A DNA stretch of 64,000 nucleotides from a virus. This document shows positions 60,053 to 64,000 of this stretch, in pieces (the stretch's first letter is position 1; each line of letters starts with the position of its first letter). The translations under genes were made by a program, and so were the position numbers. The stretch lies in IMG/VR virus record IMGVR_UViG_3300045988_114753. The stretch is one strand, 5' to 3'. Under the pieces are notes generated by a model. It ran no database searches. It worked only from the letters and a program-made list of their open reading frames with translations, and had not been told where the DNA came from.

Positions 60053-61156
60053 ATGGGTCAATTCACAGTAAGATATAGTCTTCCTGCAAGTGGAAACAAG
60101 TTATATAATAATGGTAATGCTGGTGGATGGTCTTGGTGTATCAATGGTAGCCCAACAAAATCAGGATTAAATGTCCTTTCAAACTGTGTTGGATGGGCTT
60201 GTTCAAGATTTAATGAAATTTACAACGAAATTACAGGTAATAATGGAATGAAATACAAAACATTATGTTGTAATGCTGAAAATTTCATTGAAAGAGCAAA
60301 ACAAGCTGGTCTTGAAGTTGGTATGACACCAAAACCAGGTGCTATTATGTGTTGGGAAAAGGGTGCTACTTTATCTGGAAGTGATGGTGCTGGTCACGTT
60401 GCTATCTGTGAAATAGTATACGACAACAATCACGTATTCACTTCTGAAAGCGGATATGGTGGAAGTGCATTCTGGAACTCACATAGATATAATACAAATG
60501 GACGTTGGGGTTTAGGCAGTGGTTATACATTTAGAGGATTTATTTATAACCCAGCCGTTAAAGATGAACCAAAACCAACACCTACTCCATCAAGTAAATT
60601 TAATATTGGAGATAAAGTAGTTATTAATGGTGCTTTATATAGAAGTTCTAATGCTTCATCTGCTTCAGGTAGTGTTAGCAATAAAATTACTAATATTACT
60701 AGAAAAGTATCTGGTGCAGCACATCCATACAATACAACTGGTGATTTAGGATGGATGGACGAGGCTTCTATTACCAAATATGAAGAACCAAAACCATCAA
60801 CTGGTCAAAAGTTTGCTATTGGTACTAAAGTAGTTATTAACGGTGCATTATACACTAGTTCTAATGCTGATAGTGCTGCTGGTTATGTAAACAATAAAAC
60901 TACTTATATTACTAGATACGCTGCTGGTTCTAAACATCCATATAATACAACTGGAGACTTAGGTTGGATGGATGAAGGAGCTATCACTGCTTATTCTGGC
61001 GGTATCACATATACAGTTAAAAAAGGAGATACTCTTAGTGGCATTGCTGCTAAATATGGTATGACTTGGCAACAAGTTTACGCTAGAAATAAGTTTGTAA
61101 TTGGTAACAATCCTAATATTATTAGACCAGGACAAGTACTAGTTATTAAAGATTAA
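60053..61156 (+). CDS. endolysin: CHAP domain, two SH3b-like repeats and LysM
   Basis: CHAP catalytic context NCVGWACSRF ... GHVAICE. Tandem repeats ..GDKVVINGALYRSSNA..HPYNTTGDLGWMDE.. (2 copies). LysM YTVKKGDTLSGIAAKYGMTWQQVYARNK...IRPGQVLVI. Confidence 0.85.
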   Translation: MGQFTVRYSLPASGNKLYNNGNAGGWSWCINGSPTKSGLNVLSNCVGWACSRFNEIYNEITGNNGMKYKTLCCNAENFIERAKQAGLEVGMTPKPGAIMCWEKGATLSGSDGAGHVAICEIVYDNNHVFTSESGYGGSAFWNSHRYNTNGRWGLGSGYTFRGFIYNPAVKDEPKPTPTPSSKFNIGDKVVINGALYRSSNASSASGSVSNKITNITRKVSGAAHPYNTTGDLGWMDEASITKYEEPKPSTGQKFAIGTKVVINGALYTSSNADSAAGYVNNKTTYITRYAAGSKHPYNTTGDLGWMDEGAITAYSGGITYTVKKGDTLSGIAAKYGMTWQQVYARNKFVIGNNPNIIRPGQVLVIKD

Positions 61157-61187
61157 AGAGTAGGGTTCATCCCTACTCTTTTTTTTA
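61157..61187 (+). terminator. intrinsic terminator after the endolysin
   Basis: AGAGTAGGG-5 nt-CCCTACTCT followed by T8. Confidence 0.85.
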
Positions 61188-61200
61188 CCTTTTTTTATTC

Positions 61201-61229
61201 TTGACATATTAAGTATTTTATGTTAGTAT
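61201..61229 (+). promoter_or_regulatory. sigma-A consensus promoter (TTGACA-17-TGnTAGTAT)
   Basis: TTGACA at 61201-61206, 17-nt spacer, TAGTAT at 61224-61229 with TG at 61221-61222. Confidence 0.7.
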
Positions 61230-61256
61230 TTAATTAACATAGAAGGAGGTGATAAA

Positions 61257-62363
61257 ATGAGAAGGATATATTTAGATAATGCGGCGTCAACACCTCTTGA
61301 TAAGCGTGTTTTAAAAGCTATGAAGCCATATTTGACTAAAGTGTATGGGAACCCTAGCAGTGTTCATAAAGAAGGCAGAGAGGCACGTATGGCTATTGAG
61401 AAAGCTCGTAAAACTATTGCTGGGATATTAAATTGTAGTCCAGAAGAAATATTCTTTACAAGTGGTGCTAGTGAAGGTAATTCGTGGGTATCAAAAAACT
61501 TTAAGTATTATTGTACTGATAATTCACACGACTCGATGATGTTAGCAAATAATGATAACGAAGATGGTTTACTTTCTTATCCGCTATTAGCCAGTGAGAC
61601 TGGGGAAATGAGTTATTTAGCAAACAATTTTGGTCAATGCCATATAGATTTAACACAGGCGATTGGTAAGTTGGATGTCAATTTGTATGATTACAAGACC
61701 GATACCTCAAATGGCACTTCTTCAATAACGCTATATAATGATTTACTAGGATTAGGAAAGTGTGCCACAGCGTCATTTAGTGGACATAAATTTGGAGCCC
61801 CAAAAGGTGTTGGAGTATTGTTTATAAGAAAGCAATATCAAAAAGATTTTGTACCGCTTATATATGGGCATCAAGAAAATGGTTTACGTGGTGGTACAGA
61901 AAATGTGGCTGGTATTGTTGGTATGGCGGAAGCATTAAGAATAGCTATCAAGGAATTACCTAAAAATCGTCAACATATTAGAGAAATGCAAGACTATATA
62001 ATGATACACGCTAATTACCCCGCAAAAATAAAAACCGATAATGTTCCTATATTCTGGAATTGGGCAGGCTTTCGTTATGTCAGAGTGGAAGGACATAATG
62101 GTATTATAAACATTACTTTCAATCATTTGGACGCTCAAACTGCTGTGCAAATATTTGATAGAGAAGGCGTTGCTATTTCGGCAGGAAGTGCTTGTAATTC
62201 AGGTACAGATGAACCATCAAGAGCTCTTATGGCTTCAGGTTATGAAGAAGAAGAGGCGAAGAGAACTATAAGAGTATCATTGGGTAAACAAAATACAATG
62301 CGTGAGGTAAAGAAATTTATTAAAATATTACGAAAAGTTATTGACAATTATGACAAAGAGTAG
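61257..62363 (+). CDS. class V aminotransferase / NifS-IscS-like cysteine desulfurase
   Basis: [50 protein letters not shown] (PLP lysine context), LRGGTENV and SAGSACNSG (catalytic Cys loop). Confidence 0.75.
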   Translation: MRRIYLDNAASTPLDKRVLKAMKPYLTKVYGNPSSVHKEGREARMAIEKARKTIAGILNCSPEEIFFTSGASEGNSWVSKNFKYYCTDNSHDSMMLANNDNEDGLLSYPLLASETGEMSYLANNFGQCHIDLTQAIGKLDVNLYDYKTDTSNGTSSITLYNDLLGLGKCATASFSGHKFGAPKGVGVLFIRKQYQKDFVPLIYGHQENGLRGGTENVAGIVGMAEALRIAIKELPKNRQHIREMQDYIMIHANYPAKIKTDNVPIFWNWAGFRYVRVEGHNGIINITFNHLDAQTAVQIFDREGVAISAGSACNSGTDEPSRALMASGYEEEEAKRTIRVSLGKQNTMREVKKFIKILRKVIDNYDKE

Positions 62364-62437
62364 TATAATGTAATTAGAATTGAGCACAGGGTAGAAGAAG
62401 ATGAGCCAATTCTAAAGAGAAAAGGAGGAAAGAAAGT

Positions 62438-63316
62438 ATGGCATTTGTGAAAGCCAAAAAAGAGAAAATCTGGACAAAAGTTTTGTTAGGAGGTTCGAGT
62501 GGAAGTGGTAAAACCTATAGTGCATTACGTTTAGCAACAGGTCTAGCAAAGAAATGTGGAAGTGGAATTGCGGCAATAGATACTGAAGCAGGACGTATTC
62601 GTTACTATGCAAACGAATTTGATTTTTCGGATATGCAATTAACAGAACCATTTACTCCAGAAAAGTACATTGAAGCAATCAATGAGGCAGTAGGTTCAGG
62701 ATTTAAGGTATTAATTATTGATAGTATCTCACACGAATGGAATTATTGTGTGGATATTCACGATAAGATGCCTGGTAATAGTTGGACAAACTGGTCAAAA
62801 GTAACACCTAGACATGACGCATTTATGGAAAAAATCTTACAAGCACCAATTCATATTATTGCTACTGTAAGAGGAAAAGATGAGTATGTTTTAGAAGAAA
62901 AGAATGGAAAACAAACTCCAAAGAAAGTTGGTCTTGGGTTTAAGCAAAGAGATGGTGTAGAATATAATTACACTGCAACATTCAATATTGCACAAGATAC
63001 TCATATAGCAGAGGCTACAAAAGATAATACTCACATTTTTGAAGGACGTTACGAAGTGTTGACAGAAAAAGATGGAGAAGCGTTATACGATTGGGCTAAT
63101 ACTGGTGAAGATTTTGCGTTTAATATCTCTAAAGCTCAACAAGATATTATTAATTTAGCAACAGAACTTGGTGGAAGTAAAGACCCAGATGTTACAAAAG
63201 CAACTATCGATATTTTAGGAGAGGCTAATCCTAAAAATTGTACAGATGAAGTTTTATTAAAACAATCTTTAGCCGCATTAAACTCATTAAAAATAAGTAG
63301 AGGAGGAAGTAAATAA
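62438..63316 (+). CDS. Sak4-like (AAA_24-type) RecA-fold ATPase
   Basis: KVLLGGSSGSGKTYSAL (Walker A), IAAIDTEAG and VLIIDSISHEW (Walker B). Lies next to the SSB gene. Confidence 0.65.
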   Translation: MAFVKAKKEKIWTKVLLGGSSGSGKTYSALRLATGLAKKCGSGIAAIDTEAGRIRYYANEFDFSDMQLTEPFTPEKYIEAINEAVGSGFKVLIIDSISHEWNYCVDIHDKMPGNSWTNWSKVTPRHDAFMEKILQAPIHIIATVRGKDEYVLEEKNGKQTPKKVGLGFKQRDGVEYNYTATFNIAQDTHIAEATKDNTHIFEGRYEVLTEKDGEALYDWANTGEDFAFNISKAQQDIINLATELGGSKDPDVTKATIDILGEANPKNCTDEVLLKQSLAALNSLKISRGGSK

Positions 63317-63837
63317 TGAGAGTAAAAATTACAGACAGATGTAAAGTTTGGGAAATTAATGATAAAGACGGAATGGCAGAAGTAAAGTTTTCTACTAGCC
63401 GTAAAGTAAAAGAAAATAGTTCTTATGACCAAACTCAAGTAACAAATGGTGTTGCTAGAAATGGTTATATTGCAGACTATCGTTCTTTCGTTAGATTTGT
63501 AGGTCACGCTTACAATCAATTAAAAGACGTTCAAATTGGAGACACTATTACTAATTTAGATGCAGATATGAGTACAGAACCATATTGGGACTCTAATAAT
63601 AATTGTGTTGCTTATCCAAAAAATGAAAAGATTACTGTGTTTGCATTTGAAAAATACAATCCAGAAAATCAAGAACAAGGTTCTACTAGAAATTTAGACA
63701 AAGCACCTCAAGTTGCTGAAGCACCAGCATCACAACCTCAAGTAGCACCTGTAGTAAATACAGCACCAGTTGCACCTGTGCAACCAGTTGCTCCAGTAAC
63801 ACCTGCTCCAACAGCAGCAGATGTGTGCCCATTCTAA
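63316..63837 (+). CDS. ssb: single-stranded DNA-binding protein (OB fold, Pro/Ala/Val-rich linker, C-terminal ..DVCPF tip)
   Basis: The linker QVAEAPASQPQVAPVVNTAPVAPVQPVAPVTPAP and terminal PF resemble the SSB tail architecture. Supported by position beside the Sak4-like ATPase. Confidence 0.55.
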   Translation: MRVKITDRCKVWEINDKDGMAEVKFSTSRKVKENSSYDQTQVTNGVARNGYIADYRSFVRFVGHAYNQLKDVQIGDTITNLDADMSTEPYWDSNNNCVAYPKNEKITVFAFEKYNPENQEQGSTRNLDKAPQVAEAPASQPQVAPVVNTAPVAPVQPVAPVTPAPTAADVCPF

Positions 63838-63883
63838 GATTAAACTAAATAATTAACAATAATTTTAGAAAGGTGGCAAGAGT

Positions 63884-64000
63884 ATGTTAATTCCAATAGA
63901 AAAAATTGATGAGGCGAAAGCCAAATATGATGGTCAGGCTATCCAAGAAATAGTGCAACACTTTGGCTTGGCTGACACTTATAATGAGAGAGAAAAAAGT
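63884..64000 (+). CDS. partial CDS (N-terminal 39 codons), possibly a DNA primase
   Basis: ATG 63884 follows AAAGGTGG. The frame is open to the window end. MLIPIEKIDEAKAKYDGQAIQEIVQHFGL resembles primase N-termini. Weak. Confidence 0.4.
   Translation, partial: MLIPIEKIDEAKAKYDGQAIQEIVQHFGLADTYNEREKS

Overview
AT-rich (about 30% G+C by eye, not computed) segment of a tailed dsDNA phage or prophage. The host looks Gram-positive/Firmicutes-type: AGGAGG-type Shine-Dalgarno (SD) sites precede almost every gene, and there is a holin plus a CHAP-SH3b-LysM endolysin.

Layout:
(i) 1-10.3 kb: about 30 tiny minus-strand genes in five or six transcription units. Each unit is headed by the same conserved promoter (TTTACTTCCCTACT-N15-TATAAT, 7 copies).
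(ii) 10.3-12.6 kb: a largely non-coding hub. It holds divergent consensus sigma-A-like promoters, two plus-strand genes, a 101-nt G-free C-rich tract, palindromes and iteron-like repeats, and a self-contained 36-aa micro-gene.
(iii) 12.6-19.2 kb: small plus-strand genes ending in a GHKL-type ATPase.
(iv) 19.2-21.2 kb: two minus-strand genes (P-loop/DExx NTPase and a Cys-rich protein).
(v) 21.2-27.2 kb: a HAD 5'-nucleotidase-like protein, dNMP kinase, a 916-aa YonO-like single-subunit RNA polymerase (DSDFDGD motif) and an Mre11/SbcD-like phosphoesterase.
(vi) 27.2-59.5 kb: packaging, head and tail genes (terminase, portal, capsid, Ig-domain major tail protein, 1584-aa tape measure, baseplate/fibre genes).
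(vii) 59.5-61.2 kb: lysis cassette.
(viii) 61.2-64 kb: NifS-like cysteine desulfurase, Sak4-like ATPase, SSB and the start of a further replication gene.

The most unusual feature is at 53.4-57.5 kb: a tandem array of eight tail-collar-domain (COG4675/MdpB-like) paralogues plus one remnant.
- Six paralogues and the remnant carry a G7-G9 homopolymer at the same codon position (YEGGG).
- Each of the six paralogue tracts breaks the reading frame exactly one slip away from an in-frame length.
- None of the eight cassettes has an SD site.
- I read this as a candidate hypermutable (phase-variable) or slippage-decoded receptor-binding-tip library. Homopolymer sequencing error must be excluded first.

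No rRNA, canonical tRNA, CRISPR array, integrase or transposase was recognised. One 51-nt tRNA-like acceptor/T-arm minihelix with an encoded CCA is present.
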